The translations under genes were made by a program, and so were the position numbers. Below, piece after piece: positions 42,876 through 54,600 of a stretch of DNA of 64,000 nt. Numbering within the stretch: position 1 is the first letter of the stretch; the number at the start of each line of letters is the position of its first letter. The DNA comes from Macrostomum lignano (Eukaryota), in the NCBI GenBank assembly GCA_002269645.1, contig NIVC01001163.1, positions 124,001 to 188,000 on the forward strand. Direction: 5' to 3'. The notes beneath the pieces were generated by a model. The model searched no databases, was not told where the DNA came from, and saw only the letters and a list, made by a program, of their open reading frames with translations.

Positions 42876-43529
42876 GCGCCAGTGCCTCCTCCCCATTATG
42901 AATATGTTATATTTTTAATTGCCCAGAGCAGACCCGATTGCAGCAGACTACACCGAAGTTTGCAGAGAAACTCTGCAGCAAATAAACTTTCCCAAGAAAT
43001 CTTATTTTCCAACAAGTTTCAAAGCATTCTCCTGCCAAGCTCAAGTTCACGCAGACAGCTTGTATATGCGGCAGTGAGGCAGAGTCCCAGCCACTTGAAT
43101 GGCGTGCTGGCGAAGCCCGAACAGCTATCTGCATTGTGCAAACACAGTATATTGGGCTTCTATTTCTGTGTTCTTATCTGCCCGGCTCTGTCTATTTCTT
43201 TATTCGATTTTCTGTTCTCTGCACAATGCGCTGCAGTCCAGCAGTGCCTGACACCTTGAAGAGCGCGTTGAGTGACTATAGAGTGAGGTGGCGGCTGCCG
43301 AATGAGAAAAATAAGTGGCTTCAGCACAAACTGCCAGCAGCAGCAAAGTCTGCAGAGTGCAAAGAACAAATTGGACTGTCTGAGAGCCAGGTGCTGCTAG
43401 CTCAAGGCTTGAGGCAGAGGCCTTTTCAACATTCGTTCAATGACAAGTTGGAACCCTTAATTAAACTAATTAAAATGCAACTTCTTAATCCGCTTTTGCC
43501 CAGGCTCTCGATTTATATTTATCGCGCTA

Positions 43530-44140
43530 GATCTCTCCCCATCTCCCCACTCTCTTCTCATCTCCCCACTCTCTCCCCATCTCCCCACTCTCTCCCCATC
43601 TCCCCACTCTCGCCCCATCTCCCCACTCTCTCCCACCCTCTCTTCCACTCTCTCCCACTCTCTCTCACCCTCTCTCACCCTCTCACACTCTCTCCCACTC
43701 TCTCCCCATCTCCCCACTCTCTCCCACCCTCTCTTCCACTCTCTCCCACTCTCTCTCACCCTCTCTCACCCTCTCACACTCTCTCCCACTCTCTCCCACT
43801 CTCTCCCCATCTCCCCACTCTCTCCCACCCTCTCTTATATTCTCTCCCACCCTCTCCCCATCTCCCCACTCTCCCTCACCCTCTCCCACCCTCTCTTCCA
43901 CTCTCTCCCACTCTCTCTCACCCTCTCTCACCCTCTCACACTCTCTCCCACCCTCTCCCGCTCTCCCACTCTCTCTCACCCTCTCTCACCCTCTCACACT
44001 CTCTCCCACCCTCTCCCGCTCTCCCACTCTCTTTCACCCTCTCCCGCCCTCTTCCACCGTCGTTCACTCTCTCCCACCCTATCCCACCCTATCCCACTCT
44101 CACCCCCCTCTCCCACTCTTTCCCACTCTCTCCCACCCTT
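43530..44140. repeat. Pyrimidine-rich (ctctcccact)-type low-complexity array
   Basis: Visible tandem array. Confidence 0.9.
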
Positions 44141-44724
44141 GCAGATTTGCAATTAAAAATCATTGGCTACCCGTCTTCATCGTGTGACCTCACGTTCTAG
44201 GATTAGTGGATCAGCAGGAAACCTGGTGTGGCAGCGAACTACCCAGGTCCAAACCATTAATTGTAATCCAAAAAGAAGCCAAATATGAATAGAACAAAAT
44301 CAGTGACCGATCACCCACCCCGCAAACATTGAGCATTTTCCCTGCTTAAGAACAGAGTAGCTTCTTAGCTTGTTGGCAGTTGCAGAAGATAATTATCGCG
44401 GGTCGTCATCGCGATCTAGGCGGGATTCAGAGGACAGAAGTTGGCAGCAGGGAGGCAGCCACCCCCCCCCCCCAGCGCAGGCGGCCATTTGTTGTCGCCT
44501 TTCATTTGCTATCCCATATTTGCCGGCGTCCCGACATGGGCGCGGCGCGCAGGCACGCGACAACTGTCACCGGAGCCGCGTGCCCCGCGTGTTTACTCAG
44601 GAGGCACCGCCGGCGCCCGGGGGGGGGGGGTAAGCAAAATGGGAGGAGTCTTAAAGAGAGTTCCCGGCTAAACCTTGGAGTCCCAGAGCTAGAATCTGGT
44701 TCGCACTCGGTTTTCAGACAACTA

Positions 44725-45593
44725 CACCTTTTTACTTTCTATTTTGAAAAATCTGCACTCAATATTGACATCTTTGCATTCAATTTTGACACTGTGTTAC
44801 AAAACAGTGCCTTTATCTCGCCGTCTATGGAACAAAGCTTGCATATGCGCATCCACTTTTGACAGAGTGCATCCAGAAGTGACAGATTGCAGTAGCACAC
44901 ATTGAAAACAACCTTAGTTAACCGTATAAATACAGTAGCTAATCAGTTTGCCAAGTCGTATTACGTTCTGTATGGCATGTCCGCGAGTCAACGCCTAAGT
45001 TAGCGACGACGACAGGAGGCGGTTAACGACTTTTTTACCTGGCTCGTGCCTTGGGGATCAAAAGAACCACAGCGTATGCCGTTGGTAGAAGTGGACGAAT
45101 AAAAAAGCTGCCAAATGGAGATCAGATTAGAGTTCAAATCAGGACATGCTGGCGGTTTCATGAAGAACCTCGATTGAGACAAATCCCAATATTGCTCTGG
45201 CCGGGACCTGGGATCAGCGAACACTCGCCGGGGCGATTGGCCAGGGCGAACTCTCACCGGATCAGTCAGGGCGCGTAGGCCCCGCTAGGGTTGGGATCGG
45301 ATCTTTAATTGTCACTTCTGGGTGCACTCTGTCAAAAGTGGATGCGCATATGCAAGCTTTGTTCCATAGACGGCGAGATAAAGGCACTGTTTTGTAACAC
45401 AGTGTCAAAATTGCTTGCAAATTGTTAATTAAGGTTGAAGTTTGTCATTTTTCGGTTGAAATTCATCATTATTGCAATTGAGTTTGTCAAAATAGGTTGA
45501 ACATTTCTACAAGCAATGCCACAGACTGTCAAAATTGAATGCAAAGATGTCAATATTGAGTGCAGATTTTTCAAAATAGAAAGTAGAAAGGTG
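44725..45593 (+). mobile_element. Deleted Tc1/IS630-like transposon with long TIRs
   Basis: TA on both flanks. Left arm 44725-44884 is the reverse complement of 45310-45412 plus 45527-45593. An HTH-like remnant LARALGIKRTTAYAVGRSGRIKKLPNG lies at about 45040-45120, after a stop-interrupted ATG at 44977. Confidence 0.75.
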
Positions 45594-46214
45594 TAGCGAA
45601 GCGCACGTGTCCTATCGCCAGTAGAACGCCACAGACAATGGTGGACCTGACGTCGAAGAAAGTTGCGATGCAGATTTTTGTCTGTGCGGCCAGGCTGCAT
45701 AAAGATTGGGGGAAGAGAGTTAGCAATCCAAGTTCCGGTTCTCGGGTCTCCCTGGCTGAACCCGCCGCCGCCTTCATTTGTCCCAGCAGAGAGCTTTTCC
45801 CCTCGGCTTTTCTAACTCCCCACCCTCCCCAGCTGCATGCTTCCTTGTCTTCCCAAACCCCTGGGGGGCCGTCGGGTGAAGTCAGATTTCGTTAACTTGC
45901 GGATTTTGTTGGGCTATCAGGCTAAATCTGTGTCCCACGGTCAGTGACGTCATGCCCTGCGAATGGACGATGGGCAAAGCTGACAGTGTAGGGATGGGTC
46001 TGTGGAATCAGTGCTGATTGAACACATTGCCGCGTCAGCCTGTTTGTCATCCCACTAAGCAGGCCAGATTCCGAACTCTTACAGAGGCGGGCTTAGCAAC
46101 TGCTGAAGGCAGGCTCAGTCCGGTGCCCTCTGGTTCTCCATTTCACTTTACTTGGGGATTTCAATGGGATTTTATTCAGTTCAAATTGTCCTTACCCATT
46201 TCCCAATAGGTACT

Positions 46215-46510
46215 TTGGGATTTTACAGTTGGGATTTTACAGTTGGGATTTTACAGTTGGGAGTTTACAGATGGGATTTTACATTTGGGATTATAAAGTT
46301 GGGATTTTACAGTTGGGAGTTTACAGATGGGATTTTACAGTTGGGATTATAAAGCTGGGATTTTACAGTTGGGATTATACAGATGGGATTTTACAGTTGG
46401 GATTATAAAGCTGGGATTTTACAGTTGGGATTATAAAGCTGGGATTTTACAGTTGGGATTTTACAGTTGGGATTATAAAGTTGGGATTTTACAGTTGGGA
46501 TTTTACTGTT
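46215..46510. repeat. 14-bp array (gttgggattttaca)n
   Basis: Visible tandem array. Confidence 0.92.
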
Positions 46511-46954
46511 GAAATTTAGAATACCTTTTAATGATTTCTAGAAAAATGTTATGCTTTATGCATTTTACGAAACAGAGTTTAAAAATATTTACCAGCGAGA
46601 TTTAATGCTCTTAAGCAAGTTGTTTTTGCTAGTTAATGTGTTCCCTAATATCTACCATGTCAGACGTTAATTTTATGCCCACCAAAGCAGAGACAAACTA
46701 GCCCAGCGGATGAAGCAAGTCCAGCCTCACTCTCTGAAGTTCTTTCTCTCCATTTTCTTTCTTCATCCTCCTAAGCCAGCAATCGATAAAGGCTAGAGAT
46801 GAGGCCACCGGAGAGCGAGGACCTGCAGGGACTGATTGAGGACGAACTGCAGTCAGGCTTTTTTGGGCTCACAGCCACCGCACAGGGAGCGAGCAGCGAG
46901 GTTTGGCTGGCAATTTGAAGGACAGGTCGAACTGCTGGTGGGGAGCGGCTGGAG

Positions 46955-47352
46955 ACTGAGTGACTCACTGAGTGAGTGAGCCATAACTGATGAGTGAGTG
47001 AGTGAGTGAGCCATAACTGATGAGTGAGTGAGTGAGCCATAACTGATGAGTGAGTGAGTGAGCCATAACTGATGAGTGAGTGAGTGAGCCATATATAATG
47101 AGTGAGTGACTGAGCCATAACTGATGAGTGAGTGAGTGAGCCATAACTGGTGAGTGAGTGAGTAAGTAAGTAAGTGAGTGAGTGGGTGAGTGAGTGAGTG
47201 AGTAAGTAAGTAAGTGAGTGAGTGGGTGAGTGAGTGAGTGAGTGAGTGAGTGAGTGAGTGAGTGAGTGAGTGAGTGAGTGAGTGAGTGAGTGAGTGAGTG
47301 AGTGACTGAGTGAGTGAGTGAGTGAGTGAACGAGTGAGTGAGTGAGTGAGCC
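46955..47352. repeat. (GAGT)n microsatellite with gagccataactgat inserts
   Basis: Visible array. Confidence 0.93.
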
Positions 47353-47784
47353 AGCCATAACCAAGCCGTACTGGGACAATAACCGATGGGGATAAAAGAA
47401 ATCTATCAATGCCGCACAGCATATAGAAAAGCAGAAACTGAACGAGAGAGGCGAGGCAGAAATGGGAGAAGTGGAAGCGAGACGGTCTGTGGGGAGAATT
47501 GGGCCCAAATATCAGCCAGTGTTTACTGCCTCTATTCCCAATTCACCGCCCGCAGCCTCTTTCCGGTTGAGCTTCCTCACCAAGCTTCATGAGCAGCTTG
47601 AGCCCAACTTCTGAGCACGCAGTCTGCGCCGCTCTCAGCCATCCACTCTTTGCAGCCCTCAGCAGACGAACCCACCGGGCAAAACCTCAGTGCAACAAAC
47701 AGCCCGCTATGAAAGTTTGCTGCGATTGTTCAGAAAAAATAGCAATGAGAAAATAGAAACCCTTAAGTTATTTCCTTTTGCGGG

Positions 47785-48395
47785 GCAACTGACCCCTCTA
47801 GAACTATCCGGGGCAACTGACCCCTCTAGAACTATCCGGGGCAACTGACCCCTCTAGAACTATCCGGGGCAACTGACCCCTCTAGAACTATCCGGGGCAA
47901 CTGACCCCTCTAGAACTATCCGGGGCAACTGACCCCTCTAAAACTATCTGGGGCAACTGACCCCCTATAAGTATCTGAGGGGCAACTGACCCCTCTAGAA
48001 CTATCCGGGGCAACTGACCCCTCTAAAACTATCTGGGGCAACTGACCCCCTATAAGTATCTGAGGGGCAACTGACCCCTCTAAAACTATCTGGGGCAACT
48101 GACCCCCCTATAAGTATCTGAGGGGCAACTGATCCCTCTAGAACTATCCGGGGCAACTGACCCCTCTAAAACTATCTGGGGCAACTGACCCCCTATAAGT
48201 ATCTGAGGGGCAACTGACCCCTCTAGAACTATCCGGGGCAACTGACCCCTCTAGAACTATCCGGGGCAACTGACCCCTCTAGAACTATCAGGGGCAACTG
48301 ACCCCTCTAGAACTATCTGAGGGGCAACTGACCCCTTATAAGTATCTGAGGGGCAACTGACCCCCCTTATAAGTATCTGAGGGGCAACTGACCCA
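47785..48395. repeat. 28-30-bp minisatellite (ggggcaactgacccctctagaactatcc)n
   Basis: About 21 copies. Confidence 0.95.
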
Positions 48396-49084
48396 ACCTC
48401 AAGAGTCAGAAGCAGTCGACTTCATTACCCCAGCCCTGTGAAAGTGTTTAGCAAGTTGTAAAAGGAACGCTTGTACTCAAGCATTAGTCGCATAACTGTT
48501 AACAATAGTAAGACTCAAGAACCTTGACAGCTGAGTGAGGCAAAGGCAATTTGAGAGCAACAGAAAGAAACGAAGGAGGACGAGTAAAAAAGTAAAGAAA
48601 AGTTGCTCTGGTTGCAAACAGCCAAAGCCAATTTCAGCACGAGTGGCTCGCTTTCGCAATTGTCTAAAGCTAAAAGGCCTCCCTAGCCTCCAAGGCTCGC
48701 GCAGTGCATGTGCGACAGGCAGCCTCGCTGCTTAATCAAACAGGACTGGTTAACAAGCTTTTCCGAAGCACCGCGTGGGGCCCCGACATCTCAGCTTCTC
48801 TCTCTGTCCCCCACCTTCCCCGCTTTGGCCCAGCTGTGAGGGCGCACTGGAATGCAGACCATATAAGCTATTAAATGCGGGGCCAGGGGGAATGAGAGAA
48901 AACAGTTTCTTCAATTGCTTGCCAGCTCTCTCTCATTCTAAGCCTGTCTGCAGCACCACTGGGGCAGACGGAGTGTGCGGATTTAGCGGGTATACGGACT
49001 GCTGGCAGATAAGATATGCCATGGGGTGTTTACGGCCTTGACCAGAGTACAGGGCTGTCACTTCACAGTTCCTAGCTGGTCTGC

Positions 49085-49920
49085 TGTATGTGGTCTGGTG
49101 AGTGACCCATGTGGTCTGGTGAGTGTGTGACCCATGTGGTCTGGTGAGTGTGTGACCCATGTGGTCTGGTGAGTGAGTGACCCATGTGGTCTGGTGAGTG
49201 TGTGACCCATGTGGTCTGGTGAGTGTGTGACCCATGTGGTCTGGTGAGTGAGTGACCCATGTGGTCTGGTGAGTGTGTGACCCATGTGGTCTGGTGAGTG
49301 TGTGACCCATGTGGTCTGGTGAGTGTGTGACCCATGTGGTCTGGTGAGTGTGTGACCCATGTGGTCTGGTGAGTGAGTGACCCATGTGGTCTGGTGAGTG
49401 TGTGGCCTATGTGGTCTGGTGAGTGTGTGACCCATGTGGTCTGGTGAGTGTGTGACCCATGTGGTCTGGTGAGTGAGTGACCCATGTGGTCTGGTGAGTG
49501 TGTGACCCATGTGGTCTGGTGAGTGTGTGACCCATGTGGTCTGGTGAGTGAGTGACCCATGTGGTCTGGTGAGTGTGTGACCCATGTGGTCTGGTGAGTG
49601 TGTGACCCATGTGGTCTGGTGAGTGAGTGACCCATGTGGTCTGGTGAGTGTGTGACCCATGTGGTCTGGTGAGTGTGTGACCCATGTGGTCTGGTGAGTG
49701 TGTGACCCATGTGGTCTGGTGAGTGAGTGACCCATGTGGTCTGGTGAGTGTGTGACCCTTGTGGTCTGGTGAGTGTGTGACCCTTGTGGTCTGGTGAGTG
49801 AGTGACCCTTGTGGTCTGGTGAGTGTGTGACCCTTCTGGTCTGGTGAGTGTGTGACCCATGTGGTCTGGTGAGTGTGTGACCCATGTGGTCTGGTGAGTG
49901 TGTGACCCATGTGGTCTGGT
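49085..49920. repeat. 25-bp minisatellite (gtggtctggtgagtgtgtgacccat)n
   Basis: About 33 copies. Confidence 0.96.
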
Positions 49921-49924
49921 CCGT

Positions 49925-50375
49925 GGCCTACTCAGTGCCTGATGCCCATGGCTTACTCAGTGCCTGATGCCCATGGCCTACTCAGTGTCTGATGCCCATG
50001 GCCTACTCAGTGCCTGATGCCCATGGCCTACTCAGTGCCTGATGCCCATGGCCTACTCAGTGCCTGATGCCCATGGCCTACTCAGTGTCTGATGCCCATG
50101 GCCTACTCAGTGCCTGATGCCCATGGCCTACTCAGTGCCTGATGCCCATGGCCTACTCAGTGCCTGATGCCCATGGCCTACTCAGTGCCTGATGCCCATG
50201 GCCTACTCAGTGCCTGATGCCCATGGCCTACTCAGTGTCTGATGCCCATGGCCTACTCAGTGCCTGATGCCCATGGCCTACTCAGTGCCTGATGCCCATG
50301 GCTTACTCAGTGCCCTGATGCCCATGGCTTACTCAGTGCCTGATGCCCATGGCCTACTCAGTGCCTGATGCCCAT
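49925..50375. repeat. 25-bp minisatellite (gcccatggcctactcagtgcctgat)n
   Basis: About 18 copies, directly abutting the previous array. Confidence 0.96.
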
Positions 50376-51164
50376 GACAGTGTTTGATGTCAAATGAAAA
50401 TTCGCAATCAGACAACAGCAACCCGAATCCGAGTTTCATTTATGGTTCCGAAGGGAAGGAAAAGTGCTGTAGACAAAAATTGCATTATAAATTTATTAAT
50501 ATAGTAAAGTGAACATAAAAATGACAAAGTTGAAGGCATAAAACACACACTTAGACAACAGTCGCACAGTATAAGCTGAGTTAGTATCAAATAGTTAACA
50601 AAAGCAATTGGAAAGAGCTGATGCTCAGTATAAACTGTCATGTGTAAGCTTTTTTATTGTGCCTCAGGAAAGAAAAACTCGAAACAGAAGAAGACTATGC
50701 CAAAAAATAAATCAAGCTAATCGCAAACTACTGTCAGTAGCCTATTGCACAATAATTCCGTGAATTGTTGTAAATAATAGCAGAGTATTAAATTGAAAAA
50801 TTAAGACTAATAAAGCTAAGAAATAGAGCTATGTATGTGTATAATACAGGGACAGATTAAGCAATACCTATATAACTGCATAGCAAAAGGATTGAATCCA
50901 ATCATAAGCGAGAGAGACAGACAGTCTATCCTATCTGTAATTACAGCATATTGTGGAGTAGGACAGGTCAAAACAGGGAAGGCCTGAGTCAAAACAACAA
51001 AAATCAATAACACTGCGGCTTATGTTAGATCGCTGCACTGGCAGATAACTTGATTATTAGTATAATTAACAGCAGATTAAGACAGTTTGACATGTCAAAA
51101 ACGATTTTGAGTGGCAATGCCACGTCAAGTGAAAGTGAGGGAGGCCTTTGTCAGGGTCACTATC

Positions 51165-51638
51165 AGGGGAGGCCAATGTCAGGGTCAATATCAGGGTAGG
51201 CCAATGTCAGGGTCAGTATCAGAGGGGGCAATGTCAGGGTCAATATCAGAGGGGGCAATGTCAGGGTCAATATCAGAGGGGGCAATGTCAGGGTCACTAT
51301 CAGAGGGGGCAATGTCAGGGTCAATATCAGAGGGGCAATGTCAGGGTCAATATCAGAGGGGGCAATGTCAGGGTCACTATCAGAGGGGGGCAATGTCAGG
51401 GTCACTATCAGAGGGGGGCAATGTCAGGGTCACTATCAGAGGGGGCAATGTCAGGGTCACTATCAGAGGGGGCAATGTCAGGGTCAATATCAGAGGGGGC
51501 AATGTCAGGGTCACTATCAGAGGGGGGCAATGTCAGGGTCAATATCAGAGGGGGCAATGTCAGGAGGAGGCAATGTCAGGAGGGGGCAATGTCAGGAGGG
51601 GGCACTGTCAGGGGCAATGCCAGGAGGGGGCAATGCCA
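51165..51638. repeat. 27-bp minisatellite (gggggcaatgtcagggtcactatcaga)n directly after the NOSTRIN stop
   Basis: Array begins at the TGA (51640-51642). Confidence 0.93.
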
Positions 51639-51639
51639 A

Positions 51640-54600
51640 TCAGAAGTCCTCGGCATAGGAGCCGGGAAAGATGCCCCTGTTGCCGGAGGAGTCCTCGCCG
51701 AGCCACCAGCCGTCGGCGCACTTCTCCAGCACGCTGACGACGTCGCCCTCGCGCAGGCTGAGCTCGTCATCGCCTGTGGCTGGATAGTCGAACAGGGCGC
51801 GGGCCCAGCCGCAAACTCGAACAGCTGCGTCCGCTGCATCAACCGACTCAGCTTCAGCTGGCGATTCTGACTCCGGCTCCTCAGCCGTGGTGCTCAGCTG
51901 AGTCGGGTGCGGGGGCGGCAGCGGAGCGCGCTGGCGCCGGGCGGAGGTCGGTGGCGCGGTGTCCGAAGCTTGGCACTGCGGCAAGTCCAGCTGTGCGTAG
52001 GTCGGATCGTCCAGATCGTCAGCGCTGTCGGTCAGGTGTCGGCAATTCAACAGTCCGCCGGATGCAGCCTCTCGACTGACATCGTCAGCACCGTAGTCGC
52101 GAAGGTCCGGCAGAGCGGCCGCGCCGGCGGAGGCGGCCGTGGCGTGGCCGGCTGCAGTGGAGGAGTTGTTGGAAGAATCAGCTGACTGAGCAGAGGAGGC
52201 GCGGCGCAGGGCTGGCGCCAGCCGGAGCACCGTCTGCGGCATCCCCAGGCGGTCCTTGCTGCGCTCCAGACAGTGCGCCAGGCTGAACACCGGCCTGCAG
52301 GGCGGCGGCGACCCGGCCAGGGCGTGCAGCGCCAGCTCCTGCTTGTAGCGGGAGGCCTCCAGGAACAGCAGGGTGGAGCTGATGCTGGCCAGCTTGGAGG
52401 CCGCCTCGTGCTGCGATGCTGCCTCGGCGAAGCCCGGACTGCTGCTGTACACCTGCGGAGAGTGGCGCCGGGTTGATTATAGTAGTAATTCACTTTAATG
52501 GCTACTTCCAGTAGGAAAATGCCAGCAAAAATTAAGAAAGCCAGTCACATATTCAAACTAGTGTATCGCCAGCCACAGATATGATCGATTCACATTAATT
52601 TTGATGAAAAGCCATTGATATAATTTTGTTTTACGTTAATATTAAAAGCATTAATATTACCTATTTACGTTAACTTGGATAGAACCATCAATATCAGTGT
52701 TTTAGTTGTCCCTGACAATTAAAATTATCAATTTATTATCAATATTATCAATTAACGTTAACTTTGATAAAACCGTTAATATTATCGATTTACGTTAACT
52801 TTGATAAAACCATCAATATTATCGATTTACGTTAACTTTGATAAAACCATTAATATTATCGATTTACGTTAACTTTGATAAAACCAGTAATATTATCGAT
52901 TTACGTTAACTTTGATAAAACCATTAATATTATCGATTTACGTTAACTTTGATAAAAACATTAATATTATCGATTTACGTTAACTTTGATAAAACCATTA
53001 ATATTATCGATTTACGTTAACTTTGATAAAAACATTAATTTTATCGATTTACGTTAACTTTGATAAAACCATTAATATTATCGATTTACGTTAACTTTAA
53101 TAAAACCATTAATATTATCGATTTACGTTAACTTCAAAAGCAACCAAGATAAACAATAGAATCGATAAAAAATAACACAATAAATATCGAAAGCAGACCC
53201 GCTCACCTGAATCAACTTTTCCACTCCCTCTCTGCCCTTAATCTCCCGCTCAATGTCAGCGCAGATCATGGCAGTGTAGGACCTCAGCGCGGTCTCCCTG
53301 CGGCAGCGGTCCATCGGATTATTTAAATCTTCGGCGTAGCTCTCGAACAGCAGCTGCTCGCTGGCCTGCAGCAGGGCGCCGCGCTGCTCAACCACGGTGC
53401 CAATGTCAGCCTCGATGTCTGCGCCCGAGAGGCAGCGGTGCAGTCGGCCGCTGAGCTGGGCGTAGGCCGGCGCCAGCTGGTCCACCCGGCGCTGGTAGCG
53501 CTCCAGCATCTCGTGCGTCTGGCGCAGTCGGTCAGTTTCCAGAGCCTGCAGCTGCTCCGAGCCCTGGGGGGGGGGGAATGGGGATATTTGGCGTCCACTG
53601 ACTTTTCTTCAGTTGATTTAACACCTAACATTTCTAACATTTCTAAGGGGATCGTCACATGAACCTAGCGTGATCTGCAGATAGTCAAATTATCCTTGAG
53701 ATCTCCAGACTCTTGATGATTCTTTAAATTGTAAGTGGTCACGTGACGTGTCGATTTAATTGTAATCAAAAGTGGTCACGTGACCCCTGTTGATTCGATT
53801 TGATTCTATTCTAAAAGTGGTCACGTGACCCCTGTTGATTCAATTCAATTTCTTAAAGTGGTCACGTGACCCCTGTCGATTCGATTCTATTTCTTAAAGT
53901 GGTTACGTGACCCCTGTCGATTCGATTCCATTCAATTTCTAAAAGTGATCACGTGACCCCTGTTGATTCGATTCCATTCTATTTCTTAAAGTGGTCACGT
54001 GACCCCTGTCGATTCGATTCTATTTCTTAGTGGTTACGTGACCCCTGTCGATTCGATTCCATTCAATTTCTAAAAGTGATCACGTGACCCCTGTTGATTC
54101 GATTCCATTCAATTTCTAAAAGTGGTCACGTGACCCCTGTTGATTCGATTCCATTCAATTTCTAAAAGTGATCACGTGACCCCTGTTGATTCGATTCCAT
54201 TCAATTTCTAAAAGTGGTCACGTGACCCCTGTCGATTCGATCCCAATTCAATTTCTAAAAGTGGTTACGTGACCCCTGTCAATTCAGTTTCTAAAGGTCA
54301 TGTGACCTTAATTGGTTCGTTTTGCAACGGGGTCGCGTGACCCATTTAAATTTTGATTCTCCAAGGTCACTTGACTAATCTAGATTGGATTTATTTTAAG
54401 GGTCACACAGCTCTATGCAAACGGCCCCCATAAAAAACCAAGGCACGCAGGTAAGTATAAATAAGTCTCGGCTCACCTTAGCAACGGTGCTCTCCCAGTC
54501 GAGTCTGGCCAGCTCGGCTCGCAGACAGGCGTCATAATAATCCTTGTCGCATTTGGACATGCTCGCCTGGCATGCGCGACACTTCTTCTCTTGCTGTACG

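Noticed and set aside
46797-47620. Possible plus-strand exons (MRPPESEDLQGLIEDELQ...; RIGPKYQPV..., faintly ELM2-like)
   Set aside because: No consistent splice model or domain support.
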